A stretch of 64,000 nucleotides of DNA. Source: Octopus sinensis (lineage: Eukaryota). This document shows positions 1-12,754 of the stretch, in pieces. Every line of letters begins with the position of its first letter. Position 1 is the first letter of the stretch. Both the position numbers and the translations under genes were made by a program. The notes beneath the pieces are model-generated. The model saw only the letters and a list, made by a program, of their open reading frames with translations. It ran no database searches and was not told the origin of the DNA. The stretch lies in assembly GCF_006345805.1 (NCBI RefSeq), contig NC_042999.1, forward strand, positions 155,186,001 through 155,250,000, written 5' to 3'.

Positions 1-644
1 TAAAGCAAGATAGATAGATAAAGAGAGAGAGCGGAAGTAAGACAGACAGACAGACAGACAAACGCATTATATATATATATATATAATATATATATATATG
101 CGTGTATATATGTATATGCTTGTGTGTATATATATGTACATATATGCGTGTTGTGTGTATATGTGTGTGTATTTGTGTGTGTGCTGGTGTGCATGTGTGT
201 ATGCATACACACAGACATACCAATATTTGTTCTTATGTTACAAAACCAACTTTTGCACGTAACCGAAAGATTACTCAATTCGTTAGGTAAAGTTGCAAAT
301 ATATTTTTGTTTAACAAGAATTGTATTGACAGTGAATTCGAAGTTACAGCCAGCCAAGGCATCATATATCATAATAAAGTATTTTAAAAGTAATACTGCT
401 GAATTTTAGCATTATCTTTCTAGACTGCTTATGAAGGATTGTCAGAATTGGTAGGGGGTCGGACATATATCTTCAGTATTTTTAGTTCTGAGTTCAAATC
501 CCGGCAGAGTCGAACTTTGTATTTCATCTTACATGGCTTGATGAAATAAATACATTTAAATTGTGTAGTGCGGTTCGATTAAATAGTCATTCCCGCCCGA
601 CAAAAAATGTATGAGGTTGCTCTTTTGTCAGAAATTATTATTCT

Positions 645-881
645 TATTCTATTGTGTCTGGGGAGAGTCATTTTCTTTTTGTGCCTTATAATGTAACACA
701 CTCACCGGTGAAATTTCCACTTATTTCTTATTTTTATTTTCCTAAAATTTTCGTTGCGTCTTGCAACCTTTTCGAGAGTCTTAGGAAAATAAAAATAAGA
801 AATAAGTGGAAATTTTACCAGTGAGTGTGTTACATTATAAGGCACAAAAAGAAAATGACTCTCCCCAGACACAACAGAATA
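645..881. mobile_element. Fold-back (MITE-like) element with about 105 bp inverted arms
   Basis: tattctattgtgtctggggagagtc...cctaa is mirrored by ttagg...gactctccccagacacaacagaata. Confidence 0.7.
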
Positions 882-1025
882 TGTTTCAACACACGAACTC
901 ATATAAAGAATCTTGCAACCAAATCCAAAACGAAATATTATTCTTATATTCCATAACAAATTCTTAAGTAAAATTAGTTGTTTTCTTTTCGTTCTTTCAG
1001 CTGAATCTGCCAAATGTTAAAAACA

Positions 1026-1083
1026 ATGGCTGTACCCTTTCTTCTCCTGGTCATTATGCTGCATTATGGCAATGCAGCTGAAG
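1026..1083 (+). CDS. Exon 1, signal peptide (MLKT)MAVPFLLLVIMLHYGNAAE
   Basis: Acceptor ttctttcag ends at 1000. An in-frame TGA lies at 1002, with in-frame ATGs at 1014 and 1026. A hydrophobic core is followed by GNA-A. Phase-1 donor G|gtaaac matches the downstream phase-1 EGF exons. Confidence 0.8.
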
Positions 1084-1546
1084 GTAAACCGTCTATATTC
1101 ATTTCTGTTTTCTATTTTTTAGTCAGCACGTGACATATTTTCCCCTTTTGATAGACACAAATGTTAATTGTGTTTGAGGTTACATTGGATGATAAGTTAA
1201 ACACACACCTAAATAAAATACAATTAAAAAAAAAAACTCAACTACATTATACAATGAGACAAAATTTGTTTATTCAATTAACTTTTCACTCGTAATGGAA
1301 AAAGCCATTAACGTTCATGATAAAACTTGCGAAAAAATGCAAGGGAGACAACTCCAAAATCCGTATAGATTGAAAATTCAATGGAAGCATATAGACGAGA
1401 AAGGAGTTTGAACTTCGGTTTCGGTAATTACAACCGACGCTTAAGCCTAAATTAATAATTCGGATTTCAGAGTTGTCCCATTTCCTTGACAAGATTTATC
1501 ATTTAGGTCCATATTTCTCCTTTCATTCACAACGGTGATTTTCAAC

Positions 1547-1762
1547 CAGTGGTTCTCAGCCATTTTTTGCCTATGGACTCCGTTGATCCCTATCTTACTC
1601 TGTTGGATCCCCATAGACATTCCATATCTTTAAAAACCCCATTATATTTTTGATAATTAAATACTATTAGGAATTTTATTTCAAAAATTGTTAAAATACT
1701 TTTAATAACAAAATTTTACCTGAACCCCTAAGTGTCATATAGACATCGGTTGACAACCACTG
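1547..1762. mobile_element. hAT-type MITE
   Basis: Termini CAGTGGTTCTCA and TGACAACCACTG. The 8 bp flanks ttttcaac and ttttaaat match at 6/8, a possible TSD. Confidence 0.65.
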
Positions 1763-3903
1763 TTTTAAATTATTTGTTGGAAGTCACTGTCATTATTAAA
1801 TTATTTGTTAGAAGGATCGGTACATCAATTACATTAGCCCCCAACTTAACCATATATTCTTCATACAGTACCTATACAGTACTAACACCCTCCATTCAAA
1901 ATTTCTTGGTCTGTGCCTTAACTAGAATCCGTCGTTCTTCACTTGCAACAGTGTTGGACTTACAGAATGGTTATAAAGTCGGAAAAAATTATATTCGGTA
2001 TTTGTTCCGGCTTATTACGTTCTGAATTCAAACGCTGCCGAGCACAAAATATCTATTTCTTGATCAAATGTTGTCAAGATTCCAATTTAGCTTGGGAAAG
2101 TAAATTTCAGCATTTCATACCAAATAGTCATCTCTCACTCTGTTAGAGGAAAAAAGTCCGATCCCCGTGCTGTAAACTATCAAATTGTACACCAAACAGT
2201 CCAGGTAGTTTCGAAGGCCACTGTTTCAGCATCAAGTTTTAGAAATTGTGGATTTGTTATACTTTATTCTGAATCTGATCTACTGCCAACTGTCTGAGAT
2301 CTTTCCTAAGAACAGGATATAAATATCGTACTAATGAGAAACGAGTCTCCAAGGATTTAAGTGTCTTGGATAAGGACACAACGCGCCAGGGATATCGAAC
2401 TCACAACCTTATGATCGTGATCCGAATACCCTATCCACATGGCCACTCGCCTTCACTACAGGAACTAACATGAATATCTTTGATTACAGGCCTGCTGGAT
2501 TAGATCTAGTCTCAAGCTAAACTACAACAAATGAGGGTGACCCTAATCCATTGGGTTTAGTAAATTATACTCCAACAAATAAACCAGCAGAAAGTGGGAA
2601 AAAATATTTTCATTATTCCTTACTTGAAGTCGGCAAGCTGACAGAATCGGACAAAGCACCTCCGACAGAATGCTTACAGAAATTTCATCCGGTTCTGAAT
2701 TCAAATTTCTACTTTATCGACGTCGATAAAATAAATACCAGTTGAGCATTAGGATCCATGTTATTGACGAATACTCTCTTTTTAAATTGTTGGCGTTGTG
2801 TCAAAAATGGAAGCTGCTATTCCATACTTGTATCAAATAGTGGATTTGCAGAATCGTTAGAGAGTAGAAAAAAATTCTTTACGTTCTGAGTTCAAATTCT
2901 GACGAGATCAACTTTGCTTCCATTCATACAGTTTTAATACCTGTATCAGAGACATTTCTTTCTTACTTTAAAATACTTTAAATAGAGAAACAATCTCTAA
3001 TCTGCCACCATTGCGGAATTGGAAAATACTGCCAAAGTATACATACAATTCAGAAGATAATGACGAAGAATTTAACCCGAAACGTTTAATCTTTCATTCT
3101 CTTGTAAAACATCCGACTTCAGTGCTGTAAACTATCACATTCTACACCAAACATTCCAAGAATTCAGTGTTTTTCCACTAAGTTTTCCAACCTGTATCTC
3201 TCACCAGATGGATGGAGCGCAAACGATAAGCATTGTGCTTGGTTTCGATTCTCCGTTGAAGATTTCTCATTTCCAATGATTTACGTTTTAGAATTGGTAC
3301 GAATATTTAAACAACTCATGTTCGGTTTCACAAACCAGGGACTTTGTGGAAGGTCTGAAAGAAATCAATAAATTTCACTATTCTTCAAATGACTGATAAC
3401 ATCACAATTTATAGAATGAATTTACGAAACAATGACATATCACCATTCATTACGTACTAGAGTTAATAAAACAAAATCCCTGATAATTTTAGACTGTAAC
3501 CACAATCTGACTTGTAGATTATCTTTATTTCAGGATAAGTCAAAAGCTCTTGAGCTTCACTATTCTTGATAAATGATTCAACCGCAATTGCCGGTCCAAA
3601 TTATACCACTATCTAAGAACGGAAACGATTAAAAAATCAACTACATGAAAATATTTTTTCTTATCTATTTTATCTATTTTACTACGAGTAGATGTAAAAG
3701 GAAAAGAATTATTTGGAGAATAATGAATTCGCTAGTACCATTTATATGAAGGCCACATGCTTGGGTTAGCATTACCATATTTAATGCGAACATATCTACA
3801 TAAATAAATACATGTTTGTTATTTCTTTCCAATCTCTGTCCATGTCCATGCGAGGCCGTTTGTAATTGTACTATATTTCTTTTTTCTTTTTTTCTTTTTG
3901 GAG

Positions 3904-4059
3904 AAACAGTCATCACATGTTCCGCTGAAGCCAATAACACTTGTGATCTTCATGCAACGTGCAAAGTTTTATCCGATGGTTCATTTAAGTGTGTGTGTCC
4001 TGCTGGAGTTGTTAGCGGCGATGGCCTCAAAGGCGAAAATAATACCGGATGTATATTTG
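3904..4059 (+). CDS. EGF exon A1: ETVITCSAEANNTCDLHATCKVLSDGSFKCVCPAGVVSGDGLKGENNTGCIF
   Basis: 6 Cys with EGF spacing, 156 nt, phase 1-1, donor gtaagg. The acceptor is GAG, with an in-frame CAG 6 nt downstream. Confidence 0.88.
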
Positions 4060-5841
4060 GTAAGGAGCTGAAAATTTCTTACACACAAAATGGTCAAGTG
4101 AATAAATTCTATTATCAACTCGTTACTGGTTATTCGCTGCGTGATTTAACAGGTCTCTACATGTACAGTACCTTAGTTCATCTAGGAGTGTAGGTTTCAC
4201 AGCTTTATAGAATATTACGAGGGAGAAAGTAATGATATTTATAGTAACCGCCGCCACAGGGTCTCTTGACTTCCATTATGTTAAGTCGGATGTGAAATCC
4301 TTTAAATAATTCTTTTACCCCATACGACCTGATCAGCGATCACAAGATGTGTCACAGTTGCTGCTATTAGAAATTATGTTCCCAACAACTCATTTGTTAG
4401 CGATCCTAATGTAAGGAGAAAAAAGGGAAGGGTCTATTGATTAGATGATTGCAAAGGACTTAAAGAAGTAGAGATTATTATCTGTACTGTAATGTTTGTT
4501 GGGATTTATAAGAGTAAGCGTGCGAGGGTGGGAGAAAGAGACGGAGAAACACAGCGGAAAGGAGATTATGAAAGTGAAGAAAAATGAACATATGGGTACT
4601 TGAAACATTCGATTCCAGATTTAAGAAAAGGGAGAAAAAATAAATGTCGTTGAAGTTTCAGTGAAACACGCCCGTAGAAAACACAATATGGCGATCGTTT
4701 AGTGTTTCATGTTGCGAGACAATAAAAGAGAAACAGGGAGAAAGATAGGAATTTGAAAATAAAATGTTAAAGAAAGTTGGAATTTCAGGTAATGTTTGAT
4801 ATCCGACAGATTCAGTTAGTGAGATTAGACGATGTCAGAAACAAAAATTGGTCGTTGAAACGACTTACTATTTTACAAAAGCAAAATAAGGAATCTCTTC
4901 ACACTAACAGTACAATATTTTACGGTGCCCATTGAGTGTCTAAAACATATATTAGTTTTGCTGAGGCTCTGATAAGGAATGAGATGTAAAGCCAGTTTCG
5001 AAAGGCACTTCAAGAAGAACGTCTCATTTAATTAAACGTATTATTTAATTAAACGTATCATTTAATTAAACGTATCATTTAATTAACATTTTTCTTGCGA
5101 TATTTTGGTTGAAAGTTTCTGTTGTTTTTCATTTAATTTGATCATAATGAAGACTTTATTAAAATAACTTTCTCAATATTAAATTGACGCGTGGAGATAT
5201 AACAGCAAAATTTTGGCGGAAGGTTTCAACTTAGGTTACTTAAACACTTGTCCCATTTCTGTTGAAATACAATACCTTTCTTTCAACTAACTTTGCGAAT
5301 AACGAAGAATGGAGTAAAATGACATTCTCATTATTAAGTTGCTGTTTGGAACTTAAATTCAAACGATATTTTGAGGACGATTTTAAGTTAGATCACTCGA
5401 AGCCGTTTCTTAAAATATCTCTGTTGAAATATGCTGCCTTTCTTCCAATTAATTTTGAAAAAAACAAAGAATTAATTAAAACAACTTTGCCATTATTAAG
5501 CTTCGTGAACAGAGGCGCGAGTGAGACTGTTTCAACGTGGCCTGTCTTAATATTCATAAAATAGCAGCCAAATCTCCCTTATACCATATTCTGCTGTTTT
5601 AAAATATATATATGTTGACTAATGTAATCCTGAGTATGACGTCTTTCTTTGAGAGTGAATTATCAAACTTCAGCTCAATCGGTGTCCCTCAAGGGGTTTA
5701 CATAAAGCAACAGCTACTGAGAAGTGTTCCCTAATCCTACAGATTAGTCATTCCGTCCTCCAAGGTTCAAAACTAAACGACAGAAAGAAGATGCCAACAT
5801 TATCAGTCTTTTAAATTTGAATAATTTTTGTCGCCTTTCAG

Positions 5842-5967
5842 TAAATTGGGAATATTCCTGTGAAGAAGACCCAGAGAGATGCCATGACGAATTGGGCTCC
5901 TGCGATGATGACTACTTTTGTAATTGCAAAGACGGTTACAAGGGAGATGCTGTAACAGAGTGCATTG
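5842..5967 (+). CDS. EGF exon B1: VNWEYSCEEDPERCHDELGSCDDDYFCNCKDGYKGDAVTECI
   Basis: tttcag acceptor, gtaagt donor, 126 nt, 6 Cys, CxCxxGYxGD motif. Not listed in this frame in the ORF track. Confidence 0.9.
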
Positions 5968-6059
5968 GTAAGTAGATTCAATCATTCATTCACCCAATCG
6001 AGATAAATCATTCCAGAATCCTAAGGATGTCAGCGCTTACATATATACATTATTCACCA

Positions 6060-6118
<59 letters not shown>

Positions 6119-6816
6119 TATTCATACATACATGCATACATACAAACATACATTCATACATACATACATACATACATCATACATAACATACATACATAAT
6201 ATACATACATACATACATACATGGTGGCTGCCCCCTCGTTATCGAGTATGGCCATTGCGCGAAGCTTAATCAATGTTGTTATCGTGCAATGCCTGTGCAA
6301 GAAGATTTTTTTAAGTGAGGAAAGGCTGTGCACTGAGTCAATCCCACTCACCAAGCAGCAGCAGCCATAATCCGAAAAGAAGAACAAGTCTACATCATCG
6401 GTAACCACTGAGCCGCAGGTTTTATATCGGAGTTATCCCAGTTACCTGAGTTACCTTCTCCTAGAAGGATGCCCTAATACAGGCTAGGAGTCCTTCACTA
6501 CCATAGGTTTAACCGCGCGATCGGGTATTCAGTCCGATTATTTCTATGTCCCCGCGCATGATACAGCCTTAAGACATTTATTGGATGGCCGTTGACTCTC
6601 AAGAGTTCCTCCGCCCTTTGACGGGTTTTGTTTTTCATCCCGCAGGGTGTCCAATAAACACCTTCCTCACCAAGCAAGCTTGGTGGGGTTGCTGATTTAG
6701 TCGCCGACGACCCGACCATGCAACAGGTTGTACTGGGTTACATGTTACCAGTAGCACTCGAAAGTGACCTGACATAAACATACATACATACATACATACA
6801 TACATACATACATAGC

Positions 6817-6911
<95 letters not shown>

Positions 6912-7004
6912 ATATATAGAATTAAATAAGAGTAGAAATTGATATCAACCAATTAAAACCAGAGGCCTAGCATATTTAAAAATCTGAAGATTAAAAATTA
7001 TTTT

Positions 7005-7513
7005 ACATACAAAATTTAGAGGACTAACCACTAAAAATATATGCTAGATATAGACGTGAAAATCGCCATTTTCCACGAAAAATGTGTTCTGAAGAAAAAA
7101 TTTCAGCAAAAAAAAACAAACTGTAAAAATAAGCAAGACAAATAAATATATACGATATGAAAAACCATTACCTATGTACTAATTAGTTTCACTTGTTTAT
7201 TTATACGTATGGATACGCGTTCTGCATCTGGTTCTTGAAATTATGTTTTGTAAACGACAGACTATGCTGATGATCTTGCAGATGTTTGCGTATCCATATA
7301 CGTAAATATTAACAAGTGAAACTAATTAGTACATAGTTAATCGTTTTTCATTTCGTATATTTTCATTTGACCTGCTTATTTTTACACTTTGTTTTTTTTT
7401 TTGCTGAAATATTTTCTTGAGAACACATTTTTCGTGATAAATGGCGATTTTCACGTCTATATCTAGCATATAGGCTGTCCATTTTTAGTGGTCAGTCCTC
7501 TAAATTTTGTGTG
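7005..7513. repeat. Fold-back with about 225 bp arms (7005-7230 and 7279-7513), Penelope-like terminal-repeat type
   Basis: The left arm is the reverse complement of the right arm. It sits next to a (TA)n tract and contains a hammerhead motif. Confidence 0.8.
7261..7337 (+). ncRNA. Type I hammerhead ribozyme motif
   Basis: ACTATG-CTGATGA-(T)CTTG..CAAG(T)-GAAAC-TAATTA-GTA-CATAGT. Helix I has 6 bp, the core is intact, helix III is palindromic and the triplet is GUA. Confidence 0.85.
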
Positions 7514-7526
7514 TGTGCATATATAC

Positions 7527-7557
<31 letters not shown>

Positions 7558-8658
7558 TGTATGTATGTATGTATTATGTATGTATGTATGCATGTATGTA
7601 TGTATATGTATATATATGAGTATGTGCATGTGTGAGTGTGTGTGACTGTGCGTGTGTGTGTATGCATATATATTTATATATGTTTACATATTCAAATATA
7701 TGTGTATCTAAATTGATATATGCATATATATGCATGTTCATATATGTATACATATATGTGTATACATATATATTTATTATATTAAGGGCATTACTACACG
7801 TAAATGCCTCACGCTATGAGGGACTCTTAACGTCAAAACTACCATAATAGATATACAGTGTACCGATAGCGAGCGAATGCAACGTGGAAGTCGTCTCTTA
7901 AAAACAGATTCAACTGCAAAACATATGATTTCATAGCTAGTGTACATAGTCCACTTTTCAGTCGTCAATGCAGGCATAATCAGAACACATAAAAATGAAC
8001 AAAATTTAACATTCCAGATGAACGTGAAATGTATCCAACATAGCACATAGAAATGTTCACTCTTATATATTTATGTAAGAGGCAGTCTTTTCAAATTACA
8101 TCTTGGTACACTTGTATATTCGGAATAATTCAGCACTGAATATATTCCAGTTAAATTTCATACTTCAGCGCTGAATATATTCCGGTTAAATTTAAAATTA
8201 AATATAAGATAAAATTTATACAAGAAATTATCAAGTAGTCAGCGTAAAAACCTTATGTATAAATAGTTACATACATACATATACATTTATATTCATACAT
8301 ACGTAAAATTGGCCCTCCGTCATTTACGACGAAGACTGTGGCACTTGATCTGACCAACGGATCAACCTGCACCTGAAATTAGCGTGCAAGTGGCTCCGCA
8401 TTCTACAGACTCGAGTACATTTCATGTAGTTCTCAGGAAGATTCAGAGTGAAACACAACGTGACACTTTCACTACTGGCAAGTAATCTTGAAATAACACA
8501 CATACATACATAAAGACACACACATACATAAAAACACACACATACATACATACACACATACATACATACATACATACATACATACATACATACATACGTA
8601 CATACATACATACATACATACATAAGGACATGCATACATACGTACATACATACATACA

Positions 8659-8689
<31 letters not shown>

Positions 8690-9109
8690 GATCATACACA
8701 TAAACGTACATACAAACGTAAATACTTCCAAGCATGCATATATATTCTTAAATTCTTTTACTTGGTTCAGTCATTTTGACTGTGGCCATGCTGGAGCACC
8801 GCCTTAAGTCGAACAAATCGACCTCAGGACTTAGTCTTTGTAATCCTGGTACTTATTATATCGGTATCTTTTGCCGAACCGCTATGGAGACACAAACAGA
8901 CCAATATCGTCTGTCAAGAGATGGTGAAGGAATAAATAGACACATGCACACAAATATGCCCATTAATATATATATATAATATATATATATATTTATTTAT
9001 TTATTTATTGTGCATATATATATATATATATATATATAATACATATATATATATACATATATATATATATATGCATATATACATATATTATATACATATA
9101 TATATATAC

Positions 9110-9168
<59 letters not shown>

Positions 9169-9593
9169 TATATATAATATTATATATATATACATATATA
9201 ATATATATCATATACATATATATGTATGTATATACGACGGTGGGCATCTTCCAGTTTCCGTCTACCAGATCCACTCAGGAGGGTTTGGTCAGCCCAAAGC
9301 TTTAGTGGAGGACACTTGCCCAAGGTGCTATGGTGCTATGCAGTGGGACTGAACCCCAGAACCATGTGCTTGGGAAGTAAGATCCTTACCACACAGCAAC
9401 GCCTGCGACTATACACTCACATGTACACGCATGCGCACCAAAATATATGTATACACACATGCATACATGTATGCTTGCATACATATGTGCATGCACTCAT
9501 GCAAGTGTGCATACATACAGGCGTTCATGCACAAATAGCACTTTTATACATGCATACATACATGCAGACAGGCTTGCATGGATACAAATATCA

Positions 9594-9990
9594 ACACAAG
9601 GAATGATTGTGGAACATTCCCATCAACACATATGCCAACTGTAAGCATAACAGACCGGACATTCTTGTTTGGGACAAAGGGTGTAGCGTGATAGAGGCCA
9701 GCTTTCCTGATGATGTGACTATCTTTTAGAAAACTAAAGAGACAGACGATAACTATGAACAACAGTTTCGAAAACTCCAGCTTCTATATCTAGATTATAA
9801 ATTCACATTTATACCAATAATAAATGGTGCGCCTGATTTGCGAATAAATGCCTAACTGGTTGTCTGGCTAAGCTAGGGGTTTTAGAAAATGACATCGATC
9901 AACTAACTCGTACATTACAATCTGTAAGTGGAACAGTACAAATATGCAAAACTTTTCTCGAGTTTAATATGTGACATTCTCTTCATTATC
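9594..9990 (+). mobile_element. 3' fragment of an RLE-type non-LTR retrotransposon, degraded; duplicated at about 20790-21180
   Basis: Translates to HNRPDILVWD...VIEASFPDD...KxKExDDNY...FIPII.GA, the PD-(D/E)xK restriction-like endonuclease motif, with stops. Confidence 0.75.
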
Positions 9991-10404
9991 TAAATTCCAA
10001 CGATGGAGCATTGTATGTCTGTTAGAAACCAGCTCCTTCGTCAGAGCAGGAATTAAAATATTTAAAAACAGAATACAATATACGTACATGCATACATGCA
10101 TACATACGTACAAACATAAATATATACATACATATAAACATACGTATATACCATCTTATAGCATCTACACATATAATCAAATCTGTGTGTTTAGACGCAT
10201 ATAAATAAGTTATTCTACATACGACGGGCTACAAATATATATACAAGTTATAAGTTTGTATATGAATATGTATACACATGCGTGTGTCTATATATGCACG
10301 TGTATCTTTGGGAATATGAGTAAGTGTATATGTATATGGTACTATATATAATAAAAGATATATAACATAGTTGTCAACATTCGTGGTATTTTTCTTTCCA
10401 TTAG

Positions 10405-10530
10405 ATATTGACGAATGTGCATCGGACGCCTTGAACCTGTGTGACGTCAATGCCAACTGCACAAACATCCCTGGTTCCTACAACTGTTCTTGTAACCACG
10501 AATACGAGGGGGATGGTTTCACTTGTAAAA
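10405..10530 (+). CDS. Calcium-binding EGF exon C1: DIDECASDALNLCDVNANCTNIPGSYNCSCNHEYEGDGFTCK
   Basis: DIDEC start, C-x-N-x4-Y-x-C hydroxylation consensus, ttag/gtaagt boundaries, 126 nt. Confidence 0.92.
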
Positions 10531-10752
10531 GTAAGTTACCTTCTTTCTCTTTCTAAACTTTTAACAAACCATTCTAATCCGTTGTCATCGCGGAATCATT
10601 TTCCATTGCATTGTGTCTGTTACGCGTTTGGTACGACGGAAAAGTATCGCTTCGAACAAAACGCTTATTAATTGTTTCTAACTTTTTACGTTCCGAATTG
10701 GAATAGTGCCGAGATCCACTAATTGAGCACTGGACAGTATGTAAACGTAGTG

Positions 10753-10900
10753 GAGGCGCAATGGCCCAGCGGTCAGGGCAGCGGACACGCGGTCGTAAGA
10801 ATGCGGTTTCGATTCCCAGACCGGTCATTGTGAGTGTTTATTGAGCAAAAACACCTAAACTCCACGATGCTCCAGCGGTGGGGGGGGGACTCCTCTGTAC
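10753..10900 (+). mobile_element. tRNA-derived SINE head; copies at about 22336, 29905 and 32142
   Basis: ggcgcaatggcccagcgg (A-box-like) and ggtttcgattccc (B-box-like), followed by a non-tRNA body. Confidence 0.65.
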
Positions 10901-11197
10901 TCTTTCACCACAACTTCCTCACACTTTTTCTTCCTACTTCTGCCACAAAGCAGAGGAACCATGGTGTAACCCACTATGGTGTGATAAACTTTCAGACCCT
11001 AGTCTAGATTGCGAATCCTCTGTACCTTAGGATGGTTCAGCTCTCCGCCCGATAAAAGCCATCGTTTACGGAATGAGGATAACAACGTCTATATCGTGTG
11101 GTGGGTGGATCTTCGAGTTGCCACACGCATTCTTAGTTGCTTAGAGTCGGCACGAAATAGAGAATATTCTTTGTGGCTAATGACGTGAGTCCTGATT

Positions 11198-11433
11198 GGA
11201 AGAAGAAGAAGAAGAAGAAGAAGAAGAAGAAGAAGAAGAAGAGAAGAAGAAGAAGAAAGAAGAAGAAGAAGAACAGAAGAAGAAGAAGAAGAGAAGAAGA
11301 AGAAGAAGAAGAAGAGAAGAAGAAGAAGAAGAAGAAGAAGAAGAAGAAGAAGAAGAAGAAGAAGAAGAAGAAGAAGAAGAAGAAGAAGAAGAAGAAGAAG
11401 AAGAAGAAGAAGAAGAAGAAGAAGAAGAAGAAG
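11198..11433 (+). repeat. (GAA)n microsatellite
   Basis: About 235 bp of near-perfect GAA. The paralogous site at 22785-22806 has only about 7 units. Confidence 0.95.
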
Positions 11434-12568
11434 AATGTAAACATCGGAAAAATTATTTGCGATATTTATTCTGGCTGCTTATATATTCGGGTTCAAGTTG
11501 TGAGAAGATCAACTTTTTTCAAACACAATTACTTCTTACTTTTTGTGAGCGGAAACATAATCTCCATTCTGTTACCATTGCGGAATTGGAAATAAGTACC
11601 AAAGTATACCGATGATTATGAAGATAATGGCGAAGAATTCAATCCCATATGTTTAATCTTTCATTCTCTTGAAAAAGATACAATCTCAGTGTTATAAACT
11701 ATCAAATTCTACATCAAACATTTCATGATCAGTGTTTTTTCAATTGATTTTCCAGCTTTTATTTCTCACCAGATGGATGGAACGCAAACGATAAGCATTG
11801 TTCTTAGTTTCGATTTATTGTTGAAGATTTCATGTTGAAGATTTACGTTTTAGAATTGGTACCAATTTTTGACAACCCGTGCTCTGTTTCCTAAACCAGG
11901 GGCTTCGTGGAACGTCTAAAAGAAATCAATACATTTCACTATTCTTCAAATGACTGATAACATCACAATTTATAAAATGAATTTACGAAACAAAGGCATG
12001 TCACCATTCACTACCTACTAGAGTTTATGAAACAAAATCTATAAGTTCAGACTGAAATCACAATCTGACTTGTCGATTATTTCAGGATAAGTCAAAAACT
12101 CTTCAGCTTCACCATTCTCCGGTCCAAATTATACCACAATCTAAGAAAAGGCAACGATTAAAAAATCAACTGCATGAAAATATTTTTCTTATCAATTTTA
12201 CTACGAGTAGATGTAAAAGGGAAAGAATTATTTGGAGAAAAATGAATTTGCTAACTAGCATTTACATGAATACCACATGGTTGAGTTAGCATTACCATAT
12301 TTAATGCCAACATATCTACATAAATAGATATATGTTGATTGTTATTTTGAAAGTTTGTTATTTCTTTCCAATCTCTGTCCTTGCCAGTTTGGCTTTCTAT
12401 CCTATAGAATATTACAGTCACAACTGAAGCAGATTGTGATGCCCGCTCCACATTCGTAAGGCCACACCAATAGACATGTAAAATTTGAGACCATTTTCTG
12501 AAGCACCTTGTATTTCTAAATACGAGGGCAGTTTGTAATTTCACTATTTTTGTTTTATTTTTTTGTAG

Positions 12569-12754
12569 AAACAGAGACGAACCAAAGTTCGGGTCTCGAA
12601 ACAGAGACCACATGTTCCATTGAAGCCAATAACACTTGTGATTCTCATGCAACGTGCAAAGTTTTATCCGATGGTTCATTTAAGTGTGTGTGCCCTAGTG
12701 AAGCTGTTGGCGGCGATGCCCTCAAAGGCGAAAATAATACCGGATGTATATTTG
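12569..12754 (+). CDS. EGF exon A'1 (A plus a 10-residue N-terminal insert): TETNQSSGLETETTCSIEANNTCDSHATCKVLSDGSFKCVCPSEAVGGDALKGENNTGCIF
   Basis: tttgtag acceptor, gtaagt donor, 186 nt, 6 Cys. Confidence 0.9.

Noticed and set aside
740-790. Hammerhead-like half motif (gttgc/gcaac-GAAA) in the loop of the 645-881 fold-back, minus strand
   Set aside because: The upstream core (TCGAAAA) is non-canonical and is not adjacent to a helix I strand.
1-1000. Promoter or transcription start of the EGF gene
   Set aside because: The acceptor at 1000 implies an upstream non-coding exon that I could not locate, and no promoter element can be supported from sequence alone.
5262-5564. ORF MKYNTFLSTNF..., recurring at 26255
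   Set aside because: The recurrence reflects the block duplication of intron sequence. The copy near 15310 is not open, and no domain motif is present.
6225-6775. GC-richer segment, partly repeated at 21366-21640, considered as a coding exon
   Set aside because: It has no consistent frame or splice sites, and its position and extent differ between blocks. It is probably an interspersed repeat (possibly a LINE 5' region), but I cannot assign a family.
10753-10830. tRNA genes at the tRNA-like heads (also about 22336, 29905, 32142, 43236 and 62500)
   Set aside because: A- and B-box-like motifs are present, but the cloverleaf and acceptor stem are incomplete and they run into shared SINE bodies.
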